DNA from: Macrostomum lignano
Taxonomy: Eukaryota
Length of the DNA: 64,000 nucleotides
Assembly: GCA_002269645.1 (NCBI GenBank)
Contig: NIVC01001007.1
Coordinates: 318,961 to 382,960 of the forward strand
Direction: 5' to 3'
Shown: one piece after another, positions 1-11,911 of the stretch
Layout of the letters: each line of letters starts with the position of its first letter
How positions within the stretch are numbered: the stretch's first letter is position 1
The notes under the pieces: generated by a model
What the model was told of the DNA's origin: nothing
Seen by the model: only the letters and a program-made list of their open reading frames with translations
Databases searched by the model: none
Translations under genes and position numbers: made by a program

Positions 1-362
1 AACTATATTTCCAATACGATAAAGTATTTAGAATGCATTTGCTGTATGCTTTTATACAGTATAATAGCAAGAGGACAGTTTTCTCAACCTTTGCAGTGAG
101 GCATTTAAGAACTCATTTTAATAATTGCTTCCTATACTCGTAGCTAGGGTTCGCATGCTTTTCTAACTACTTATACCTTTTTAAACTAAGAGAAAACATT
201 TTCGGTGCTACGATTTTCTATTTGTTCTCCTAGTACGTGAATAATAAAACGATTTTTCTGAAATTTATTTTTTCTGCCGCGAATCCGGCCCTGGGTGTTC
301 AGCGGCCCTGGCTTTCTAATCAGAACTAATTAATGCATACTTTGTTCAAACTATAGAACTAT

Positions 363-575
363 GGGTTGTAGCCTAGTGTTTAGAGCGTCGGACTCGCGGT
401 TGAAAGGTCGGGGGTTCGATTCTTGGCCCATTCGGTACAATTTGTGCCCTTGAGCAAGACGCTCAACTCTGCATTGCTTCAGTTCACCCCAGCTGTAAAA
501 TGGATGCCAGCATTAGCTGGGGTACCTGAGGCTGTGTGGCGCCCTCCACCCCCCAGTCCTTGGACTGAACAGCCG
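363..575 (+). mobile_element. tRNA-derived SINE, copy 1 (3'-truncated)
   Basis: A-box-like TAGCCTAGTG at 369 and B box GGTTCGATTC at 413-422. These are followed by a CORE/V-like central domain (GTGCCCTTGAGCAAGACGCTCAAC...CACCCAGCTGTAAAATGG). A reverse-complement copy lies at ~45785-46045. Confidence 0.75.
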
Positions 576-628
576 CCAGCACTTTTGACATAATGTGATA
601 GCAATTAAAACTCAAATTTGCAGCCACA

Positions 629-3600
629 ATGACGTCACTAGCCAGCGTTGGTTCACGCAGAACAGCTCAAGCCTACTCAGCCGCTATGCTGTTAAGCGCT
701 TGCGGCGACGCCATGGGCTACAAGAATGGCGAATGGGAGTTCTGCTTCGATGGGTCCAGATTGCACGCCGCGGTTGAAAGAATGGGTGGATTGAATAACT
801 TAAACATTACTCTGCCACATTTTCGAGTTAGCGACGATACGGTTATGCATATGGCCACGGCTAAGGGTGAGAATGTGGCCTTGTAGACCGCTTTACCGGA
901 GAGATACTTTCAGTATACTCTACTGAAGTAGGAGACAGAAAGTTAGTTAGTTAGTTAATTAGTCAGTTAGTCAGTTAGTTAATTAGTCAGTCAGTCAGTC
1001 GGTTAGTTAGTTAGTTAGTCAGTTAGTTTGTTTGTTTGTTTGTTTGTTTGTTTGTTTGTTAGTCAGTTATTCAGTTAGTCAGTTAGTTAGTCAGTCCGTT
1101 AGTTAATTAGTTAATTAGTTAGTTATTTAGTTAATTAGTCAGTCCGTTAGTTTCTTAGTCAGTTATTCAGTTAGTCTGTTAGTTAGTTAATTAGTTTGTT
1201 AGTTAGTTAGTTAGTCAGTCCGTTAGTTAGTTAGTTAGTTAGTTAATTAGTCTGTTAGTCTGTCGGTTAGTTAGTTAGTTATTTTGTTTGTTTGTTTGTT
1301 TGTTTGTTAGTCAGTTATTCAGTTAGTCAGTCAGTCCGTTAGTTAATTAGTTAATTAGTTAGTTATTTAGTTAGTTAGTCAGTTCGTTAGTTTGTTAGTC
1401 AGTTATTCAGTTAGTCTGTTAGTTAATTAGTTTGTTATTTAGTTAGTTGGTCAGTCCGTTAGTTAGTTAGTCAGTTAGTTAGTTAGTTTTTTATCGGCAG
1501 TTTTTATTTTCCTAATATTCATATTTAATGCCAGCTTTAATTGCCAAGACAACCGCCCCGGACGAGGAGCAGCTGTACCTGCAGCTGGCTAAGGAGTACT
1601 GCGACTGCATGAACTATATGGCTGGTCGGAGCCCAGGTGAGTTAGTTTTTGTATTAATTTCGCAATTTTTTAAATTACAAGTATTGTGGCTTTTACTTAC
1701 AGCTTTTAAATGTTTCTAAGAATTATAGCTTCCACCCATTTCTTAGAAACGTAGCTTTTGCCTATTACTAGGAATCATATTTAATCCGGTTTCATATTTC
1801 ACTATTTCTAAGAATCATATTTCTACTTTTTCTAAGAACTATTTTTTCCCATTTCTAAGAATCATATTTCACCATTTCCAAGAATCATATTTCACCATTT
1901 CCAAGAATCATATTTCACCATTTCCAAAAATCATATTTCACCATTTCCAAGACTCATATTTCACAATTTCCAAGAATCATATTTCACCATTTCCAAGAAT
2001 CATATTTCACCATTTCCAAGAATCATATTTCACTATTTCCAAGAATCATATTTCACCATTTTCAAGAATCATATTTCACCATTTCCAAGACTCATATTTC
2101 ACAATTTCCAAGAATCATATTTCACCATTTCCAAGAATCATATTTCACCAGTTCCAAGAATCATATTTCACCATTTCCAAAAATCATATTTCACCATTTC
2201 CAAGACTCATATTTCACCATTTCCAAGAATCATATTTCACCATTTCCAAGAATCATATTTCACCATTTCCAAGAATCATATTTCACCATTTTCAAGAATC
2301 ATATTTCACCATTTCCAAGAATCATATTTCACCATTTTCAAGAATCATATTTCACCATTTCCAAGAATCATATTTCACAATTTCCAAGAATCATATTTCA
2401 CAATTTCCAAGACTCATATTTCACAATTTCCAAGAATCATATTTCACCATTTCCAAGAATCATATTTCACCATTTCCAAGAATCATATTTCACCATCTCC
2501 AAGAATCATATTTCACCATTTCCAAGAATCATATTTCACCATTTCCAAGAATCATATTTCACCATTTCCAAGAATCAAATTTCACCATTTCCAAGAATCA
2601 TATTTCACCATTTCGAAGACTCATATTTCACCATTTCCAAGAATCATATTTCACCATTTCCAAGAATCATATTTCACCATCTCCAAGAATCATATTTCAC
2701 CATTTCCAAGAATCATATTTCACCATTTCCAAGAATCATATTTCACCATTTCCAAGAATCATATTTCACCATTTCCAAGAATCATATTTCACCATTTCCA
2801 AGAATCATATTTCACTATTTCCAAGAATCATATTTCACCATTTTCAAGAATCATATTTCACCATTTCCAAGACTCATATTTCACAATTTCCAAGAATCAT
2901 ATTTCACCATTTCCAAGAATCATATTTCACCATTTCCAAGAATCATATTTCACTATTTCCAAGAATCATATTTCACCATTTCCAAGACTCATATTTCACA
3001 ATTTCCAAGAATCATATTTCACCATTTCCAAGAATCATATTTCACCATTTCCAAGAATCATATTTCACCATTTCCAAAAATCATATTTCACCATTTCCAA
3101 GACTCATATTTCACCATTTCCAAGAATCATATTTCACCATTTCCAAGAATCAAATTTCACCATTTCCAAGAATCATATTTCACCATTTCGAAGACTCATA
3201 TTTCACCATTTCCAAGAATCATATTTCACCATTTCCAAGAATCATATTTCACCATTTCCAAGAATCATATTTCACAATTTCCAAGAATCATATTTCACAA
3301 TTTCCAAGACTCATATTTCACAATTTCCAAGAATCATATTTCACCATTTCCAAGAATCATATTTCACCAGTTCCAAGAATCATATTTCACCATTTCCAAA
3401 AATCATATTTCACCATTTCCAAGACTCATATTTCACCATTTCCAAGAATCATATTTCACCATTTCCAAGAATCATATTTCACCATTTCCAAGAATCATAT
3501 TTCACCATTTTCAAGAATCATATTTCACCATTTCCAAGAATCATATTTCACCATTTTCAAGAATCATATTTCACCATTTCCAAGAATCATATTTCACAAT

Positions 3601-6600
3601 TTCCAAGAATCATATTTCACAATTTCCAAGACTCATATTTCACAATTTCCAAGAATCATATTTCACCATTTCCAAGAATCATATTTCACCATTTCCAAGA
3701 ATCATATTTCACCATCTCCAAGAATCATATTTCACCATTTCCAAGAATCATATTTCACCATTTCCAAGAATCATATTTCACCATTTCCAAGAATCAAATT
3801 TCACCATTTCCAAGAATCATATTTCACCATTTCGAAGACTCATATTTCACCATTTCCAAGAATCATATTTCACCATTTCCAAGAATCATATTTCACCATC
3901 TCCAAGAATCATATTTCACCATTTCCAAAAATCATATTTCACCATTTCCAAGAATCATATTTCACCATTTCCAAGAATCATATTTCACCATTTCCAAGAA
4001 TCATATTTCACCATTTCCAAGAATCATATTTCACTATTTCCAAGAATCATATTTCACCATTTTCAAGAATCATATTTCACCATTTCCAAGACTCATATTT
4101 CACAATTTCCAAGAATCATATTTCACCATTTCCAAGAATCATATTTCACCATTTCCAAGAATCATATTTCACTATTTCCAAGAATCATATTTCACCATTT
4201 CCAAGACTCATATTTCACAATTTCCAAGAATCATATTTCACCATTTCCAAGAATCATATTTCACCATTTCCAAGAATCATATTTCACCATTTCCAAAAAT
4301 CATATTTCACCATTTCCAAGACTCATATTTCACCATTTCCAAGAATCATATTTCACCATTTCCAAGAATCAAATTTCACCATTTCCAAGAATCATATTTC
4401 ACCATTTCGAAGACTCATATTTCACCATTTCCAAGAATCATATTTCACCATTTCCAAGAATCATATTTCACCATTTCCAAGAATCATATTTCACAATTTC
4501 CAAGAATCATATTTCACAATTTCCAAGACTCATATTTCACAATTTCCAAGAATCATATTTCACCATTTCCAAGAATCATATTTCACCATTTCCAAGAATC
4601 ATATTTCACCATCTCCAAGAATCATATTTCACCATTTCCAAGAATCATATTTCACCATTTCCAAGAATCATATTTCACCATTTCCAAGAATCAAATTTCA
4701 CCATTTCCAAGAATCATATTTCACCATTTCGAAGACTCATATTTCACCATTTCCAAGAATCATATTTCACCATTTCCAAGAATCATATTTCACCATCTCC
4801 AAGAATCATATTTCACCATTTCCAAGAATCATATTTCACCATTTCCAAGAATCATATTTCACCATTTCCAAGAATCAAATTTCACCATTTCCAAGAATCA
4901 TATTTCACCATTTCCAAGAATCATATTTCACCATCGACTTAATCCATTTCTTAGAATACTTTTCACCCGTTTCTAAGAATGATCGCACGCACTGATTATC
5001 TAGCAGCTTAATATATTTTAACACGCGCAGGTGACTGCACCTCGTTCAGCTGCAACGATCTAAAAGACACTGGCGGTTACAAAATCGAATTTAACGATCG
5101 GTAATTGATTTAATATTTTCAATATCGTTGCCTAATTAAAAAATTATAGTTTATCTAAGGCTAATAAAAACGATTATTAAAAATCTTGAAGAGGCGGCGG
5201 CTGCGGTGGTGCCATGCGGTCCATGTGCATCGGCATTGTGTTCTGGCAGCCGCACCAGCTCAAGCGGCTGGTGTCCACCGCTGTGGAGGCTGGCAGGATG
5301 ACCCACAACCACCCCACTGGCTACCTGGGCAGCCTGGCTTCTGCCTACTTCGCCTCGCTCGCTTTGCAAGGCCAGCCGTTGGAGAAATGGGGAGCTGAAC
5401 TGCTGCAAACCGCACTGCCGGCCGCGTGGAAGTACGTGGAGGAGACTGGTGAGTCTGTGGCTGCTGCCGGCCTCCCAGATCCTCAGTTGCTGCTGCCGGC
5501 CTCCCAGATCCTCAGTTGCTGCTGCCGGCCTCCCAGATCCTCAGTTGCTGCTGCCGGCCTCCCAGATCCTCAGTTGCTGCTGCCGGCCTCCCAGATCCTC
5601 AGTTGCTGCTGCCGGCCTCCCAGATCCTCAGTTGCTGGGCCACCAGCCTCCCAGATCCTCAGTTGCTGCTGCCGGCCTCCCAGATCCTCAGTTGCTGCTG
5701 CCGGCCTCCCAGATCCTCAGTTGCCGTACAAAGCCCCTTCGATCTCCCCGCAGGCCGCGACCTCGCTGAGAACAAGCGCCACTGGCCCTACTTCTCCACC
5801 GCCTGGGCCAACTACCTTCGCCAACGCGGCCTCCTTGACGGCCGGGGGCCGGCGCAGTTCAAGCAGCCCTACGGCCCGGCCGAGAGGGACGCCTTCTACA
5901 AGTCTTTGTCCTACAGCGGCTGGGGCGGCGCCTCCGGTCACGACGCCCCGATGATCGCCTACGATGCTCTGCTGTTCGCCTGCAGCGCTGGGAGTAGCGG
6001 TGGTGGCGACGAGGGCAGCGGTGAGCAGTGGCTGCGACTGTGTGAAGCTGCCGTGCTGCACGGCGGAGACAATGACTCTACGGGGGCCATCGCCTGCTGC
6101 CTGTATGGCCTGCTGAATGGCGGGCTGGAGGGAGTACCCGATGGCCATCACAGCGTGAGTGCTGGCTGGAGTAGAGAGATAGATTAGCAATCCATTAGGA
6201 TTGGGGAGATAGATTAGCAATCCATTCTGATTGGGGGCATAGATTAGCAATCCATTCTGATTGGGGAGATAGATTAGCAATCCATTCTGATTGGAGAGAT
6301 AGATTAGCAATCCATTCTGATTGGGGAGATCGATTAGCAATCCATTCTGATTGGAGAGATAGATTAGCAATCCATTCTGATTGGGGGCATAGATTAGCAA
6401 TCCATTCTGATTGGGGAGATAGATTAGCAATCCATTCTGATTGGAGAGATAGATTAGCAATCCATTCTGATTGGGGAGATCGATTAGCAATCCATTCTGA
6501 TTGGGGAGATAGATTAGAAATCCATTCTGATTAGAGAGATCGATTAGCAATCCATTCTGATTAGAGAGATCGATTAGCAATCCATTCTGATTGGGGAGAT

Positions 6601-9600
6601 AGATTAGCAATCCATTCTATTTGGAGCGATAGATTAGCAATCCATTCTGATTAGGGAGATAGATTAGAAATCCATTCTGATTGGGGAGACAGATTAGCAA
6701 TCCATTCTGATTGGGGAGATAGATTAGCAATCCATTAGGATTGGAGAGATAGATTAGCAATCCATTCTGATTGGGGAGATAGATTAGCAATCCATTCTGA
6801 TTGGGGAGATAGATTAGCAATCCATTCTGATTGGGGAGATAGATTAGCAATCCATTCTGATTGGGGAGATAGATTAGCAATCCATTCTGATTGGGGAGAT
6901 AGATTAGAAATCCATTCTGATTGGAGAGATAGATTAGCAATCCATTCTGATTGGGGAGATAGATTAGCAATCCATTCTGATTGGAGAGATAGATTAGCAA
7001 TCCATTCTAATTGGTGAGATAGATTAGCAATCCATTCTGATTGGAGAGATAGATTAGCAATCCTTTCTAATTGGAGAGATAGATTAGCAATCCATTAGGA
7101 TTGGGGAGATAGATTAGCAATCCATTCTGATTGGGGAGATAGATTAGCAATCCATTCTGATTGGGGAGATAGATTAGCAATCCATTCTGATTGGGGAGAT
7201 AGATTAGCAATCCATTCTAATTGGGGAGATAGATTAGCAATCCATTCTGATTGGGGAGATAGATTAGCAATCCATTCTAATTGGGGAGATAGATTAGCAA
7301 TCCATTCTGATTGGGGAGATAGATTAGCAATCCATTCTGATTAAAAAGATAGATTAGCAATCCATTCTGATTGGAGAGATAGATTAGCAATCCATTAGGA
7401 TTGGGGAGATAGATTAGCAATCCATTCTAATTGGAGAGATAGATTAGCAATCCATTCTGATAGGGGAGATAGATTAGCAATCCATTAGGATTGGAGAGAT
7501 AGATTAGCAATCCTTTCTAATTGGAGAGATAGATTAGCAATCCATTAGGATTGGGGAGATAGATTAGCAATCCAGTAGGATTGGGGAGATAGATTAGCAA
7601 TCCAGTAGGATTGGGGAGATAGATTAGCAATCCAGTAGGATTGGGGAGATAGATTAGCAATCCATTAGGATTGGAGAGATAGATTAGCAATCCATTCTGA
7701 TAGGGGAGATAGATTAGCAATCCATTAGGATTGGAGAGATAGATTAGCAATCCTTTCTAATTGGAGAGATAGATTAGCAATCCATTAGGATTGGGGAGAT
7801 AGATTAGCAATCCAGTAGGATTGGAGAGATAGATTAGCAATCCATTAGGATTGGGGAGATAGATAAGCAATCCAGTAGGATTGGGGAGATAGATTAGCAA
7901 TCCAGTAGGATTGGAGAGATAGATTAGCAATCCATTAGGATTGGGGAGATAGATTAGCAATCCATTAGGATTGGGGAGATAGATTAGCAATCCAGTAGGA
8001 TTGGGGAGATAGATTAGCAATCCAGTAGGATTGGGGAGATAGATTAGCAATCCATTCTGATTGGGGGCATAGATTAGCAATCCATTCTGATTGGGGAGAT
8101 AGTTTAGCAATCCATTCTGATTGGAGAGATAGATTAGCAATCCATTCTGATTGGGGAGATCGATTAGCAATCCATTCTGATTGGGGAGATAGATTAGAAA
8201 TCCATTCTGATTAGAGAGATCGATTAGCAATCCATTCTGATTAGAGAGATCGATTAGCAATCCATTCTGATTGGGGAGATAGATTAGCAATCCATTCTAT
8301 TTGGAGCGATAGATTAGCAATCCATTCTGATTAGGGAGATAGATTAGAAATCCATTCTGATTGGGGAGACAGATTAGCAATCCATTCTGATTGGGGAGAT
8401 AGATTAGCAATCCATTCTAATTGGAGAGATAGATTAGCAATCCATTCTGATTGGGGAGATAGATTAGCAATCCATTCTGATTGGGGAGATAGATTAGCAA
8501 TCCATTCTGATTGGGGAGATAGATTAGCAATCCATTCTGATTGGGGAGATAGATTAGCAATCCATTCTGATTGGGGAGATAGATTAGAAATCCATTCTGA
8601 TTGGAGAGATAGATTAGCAATCCATTCTGATTGGGGAGATAGATTAGCAATCCATTCTGATTGGAGAGATAGATTAGCAATCCATTCTAATTGGTGGGAT
8701 AGATTAGCAATCCATTCTGATTGGAGAGATAGATTAGCAATCCTTTCTAATTGGAGAGATAGATTAGCAATCCATTAGGATTGGGGAGATAGATTAGCAA
8801 TCCATTCTGATTGGGGAGATAGATTAGCAATCCATTCTGATTGGGGAGATAGATTAGCAATCCATTCTGATTGGGGAGATAGATTAGCAATCCATTCTAA
8901 TTGGGGAGATAGATTAGCAATCCATTCTGATTGGGGAGATAGATTAGCAATCCATTCTAATTGGGGAGATAGATTAGCAATCCATTCTGATTGGGGAGAT
9001 AGATTAGCAATCCATTCTGATTAAAAAGATAGATTAGCAATCCATTCTGATTGGAGAGATAGATTAGCAATCCATTAGGATTGGGGAGATAGATTAGCAA
9101 TCCATTCTAATTGGAGAGATAGATTAGCAATCCATTCTGATAGGGGAGATAGATTAGCAATCCATTAGGATTGGAGAGATAGATTAGCAATCCTTTCTAA
9201 TTGGAGAGATAGATTAGCAATCCATTAGGATTGGGGAGATAGATTAGCAATCCAGTAGGATTGGGGAGATAGATTAGCAATCCAGTAGGATTGGGGAGAT
9301 AGATTAGCAATCCAGTAGGATTGGGGAGATAGATTAGCAATCCATTAGGATTGGAGAGATAGATTAGCAATCCATTCTGATAGGGGAGATAGATTAGCAA
9401 TCCATTAGGATTGGAGAGATAGATTAGCAATCCTTTCTAATTGGAGAGATAGATTAGCAATCCATTAGGATTGGGGAGATAGATTAGCAATCCAGTAGGA
9501 TTGGAGAGATAGATTAGCAATCCATTAGGATTGGGGAGATAGATAAGCAATCCAGTAGGATTGGGGAGATAGATTAGCAATCCAGTAGGATTGGAGAGAT

Positions 9601-10250
9601 AGATTAGCAATCCATTAGGATTGGGGAGATAGATTAGCAATCCATTAGGATTGGGGAGATAGATTAGCAATCCAGTAGGATTGGGGAGATAGATTAGCAA
9701 TCCAGTAGGATTGGGGAGATAGATTAGCAATCCAGTAGGATTGGGGAGATAGATTAGCAATCCATTAGGATTGGGGAGATAGATTAGCAATCCATTCTGA
9801 TTGGAGAGATAGATTAGCAATCCAGTAGGATTGGGGAGATAGATTAGCAATCCAGTAGGATTGGGGAGATAGATTAGCAATCCATTCTAATTGGAGAGAT
9901 AGATTAGCAATCCATTCTGATTGGAGAGATAGATTAGCAATCCATTCTAATTGGAGAGATAGATTAGCAATCCATTCTAATTGGAGAGATAGATTAGCAA
10001 TCCATTCTAATTGGAGAGATAGATTAGCAATCCATTCTGATTGGAGAGATAGATTAGCAATCCATTCTGATTGGAGAGATAGATTAGCAATCCATTCTGA
10101 TTGGAGAGATAGATTAGCAATCCATTATGATTGGGTCGATTAAAATTAAATAAAAAAATCGATATAAACTTTTGCTTTCAGGGTTTGGAGTTCCGCTCTG
10201 AATTGGCCTCCCTGGGCGAGCAGCTGCATCAGGTGTCGGGGCAGCTGTAA
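629..10250 (+). CDS. ADPRH: ADP-ribosylarginine hydrolase (ARH1-like), 6 exons, ~378 aa
   Basis: Exons 629-866, 1535-1636, 5031-5100, 5192-5448, 5754-6154, 10182-10250. All introns are GT-AG and phase-compatible; total 1137 nt. Motifs: [78 protein letters not shown]. Confidence 0.93.
941..1490. repeat. Compound tetranucleotide microsatellite (TTAG/TCAG/TTTG)n in ARH1 intron 1
   Basis: Directly visible 4-bp periodicity. Confidence 0.95.
1855..4935. repeat. 23-bp minisatellite (CCAAGAATCATATTTCACCATTT)n in ARH1 intron 2, with 1219-bp higher-order period
   Basis: About 134 units. Variant units recur 1219 bp apart (2151/3370, 2615/3834, 3190/4409). Confidence 0.95.
5460..5725 (+). repeat. 29-bp minisatellite (GCTGCTGCCGGCCTCCCAGATCCTCAGTT)n in ARH1 intron 4
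   Basis: About 9 units. Same family as the arrays at 11340-11770 and 24890-25805. Confidence 0.92.
6175..10135. repeat. 30-bp minisatellite (GATAGATTAGCAATCCATTCTGATTGGGGA)n in ARH1 intron 5, with 1680-bp block duplication
   Basis: About 132 units. Variants recur 1680 bp apart (6361/8041, 6601/8281, 7321/9001, 7861/9541). Confidence 0.95.
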
Positions 10251-11339
10251 TTCATTTTTATAATTTGTAAATCCCGCAGGAAAACACGCTGGATTTTGCG
10301 TCAACAATTTTTCCCATGGCTTTTGCCTATTCCAGAACAGATTTGTATGCATTGTAGTATATATTTAATTGCCATGTGTACCTTAATGAATCCATGGTTT
10401 TTATTGATAATGATAGCCATGTATAATTTTTTGATGAGATTTTGTTTTAAAAAACTATTTATTCCGATTTTTATCTATTTTGTGTTTGCCTACTTTTCTT
10501 GCGCTGTTTATCCAATCGAGTACTGAATAAACTCGGTATATTACACAATTTATTATAAGTTACTTAATAAACTGCTCTTTTTTCTATCTGCTTACATTTC
10601 TATTAAAATTGGATCTACTTGGATTTTAGATTCTTTCTTGAATTTACATGTATATACTTACTGTGTTCGATGTCCAAAAGGCAAGCTTAATGGGCTTTGA
10701 ATGGTCAGTGTTAAAAATACAGATAACAGCGTTAATTACATGAATGACTAAATATGCAAAAATCTAGTATCTAGTTTTTCTTCAGTAGTATAATTAGCGT
10801 TTTCCGCCTTCGTATTTGTAAAATTAAACATTCACATTTACAATATTGCATGTCCAACTAATTTCCACCACATCCGATGCATCCGCCCTCATTTCCGCCC
10901 CCCCCATCCGATGGAGCCTCCCTCATTTCCGGTCCCCCCATCGGATGCAGCCACCCTCATTTCCGCGTGTTAAAAAAGGCAACTAAGCATATTTGAAATT
11001 TTGCACTTCTTCCGGAATGATTAAAAATGTTTTTATTACATATATTTGAGCCAAAAAACTACAGCACTTTTTACATAAAGTATTATTAATATATGTAACC
11101 TATTTTAGCTTTAAGAAACTATAAACGAAAAACGGAGAACATGAGAAATTATGAAGCAATACAATTAAGCTCTGATTTTTATACTGGGAAATACGCATGG
11201 AATGGTTTGACGCTAAGTGCAGTAGAAATTAATACATCATCTACTGCATTACGAGTACTAATAGCAACTTGTAAAATGTTCATGGGGCTCTTGGCTGTTG
11301 GCCCAGTAACTGACACTCTGGGAGGCTTGCTCATCGGCT

Positions 11340-11770
11340 GACACTGGGAGGCTGGCCCAGCAACTGACACTCTGGGAGGCTGGCCCAGCAACTGACACTC
11401 TGGGAGGCTGGCCCAGCAACTGACACTCTGGGAGGCTGGCCCAGCAACTGACACTCTGGGAGGCTGGCCCAGCAACTGACACTCTGGGAGGCTGGCCCAG
11501 CAACTGACACTCTGGGAGGCTGGCCCAGCAACTGACACTCTGGGAGGCTGGCCCAGCAACTGACACTCTGGGAGGCTGGCCCAGCAACTGACACTCTGGG
11601 AGGCTGGCCCAGCAACTGACACTCTGGGAGGCTGGCCCAGCAACTGCAACACTCTGGGAGGCTGGCCCAGCAACTGACACTCTAGGAGGCTGGTCCAGCA
11701 ACTGGGGACCTGGGTGGCTAGCTGGCCCAGCAACTAACACTCTGGGAGAACTGACGATCTGGAAGGCTGG
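11340..11770 (-). repeat. 28-bp minisatellite (CTCTGGGAGGCTGGCCCAGCAACTGACA)n downstream of CNTLN
   Basis: About 13 near-perfect units plus a degenerate tail. Same family as the 5460 and 24890 arrays. Confidence 0.92.
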
Positions 11771-11911
11771 CAACTTTAGTGAACAGACTAAGTAATTAAC
11801 AAAGCAGTTAACTCGCTCAGCGATTTTAAATAAGTAACATTAGAGAATTACTTGAGCAGATAGAGAGCTGAGATTTCTAAAGGAAAAATAATGTACTAAC
11901 TAGCTCGCAGG

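Noticed and set aside
363-435. Possible functional tRNA gene
   Set aside because: No convincing acceptor stem or cloverleaf; it continues into a SINE body that has a second dispersed copy.
5717-9880. Minus-strand ORFs of [10 protein letters not shown] decapeptide repeats resembling a beta-solenoid protein
   Set aside because: They are translations of the 30-bp intronic satellite antisense to ARH1, broken by frequent stops, with no unique flanking coding sequence.
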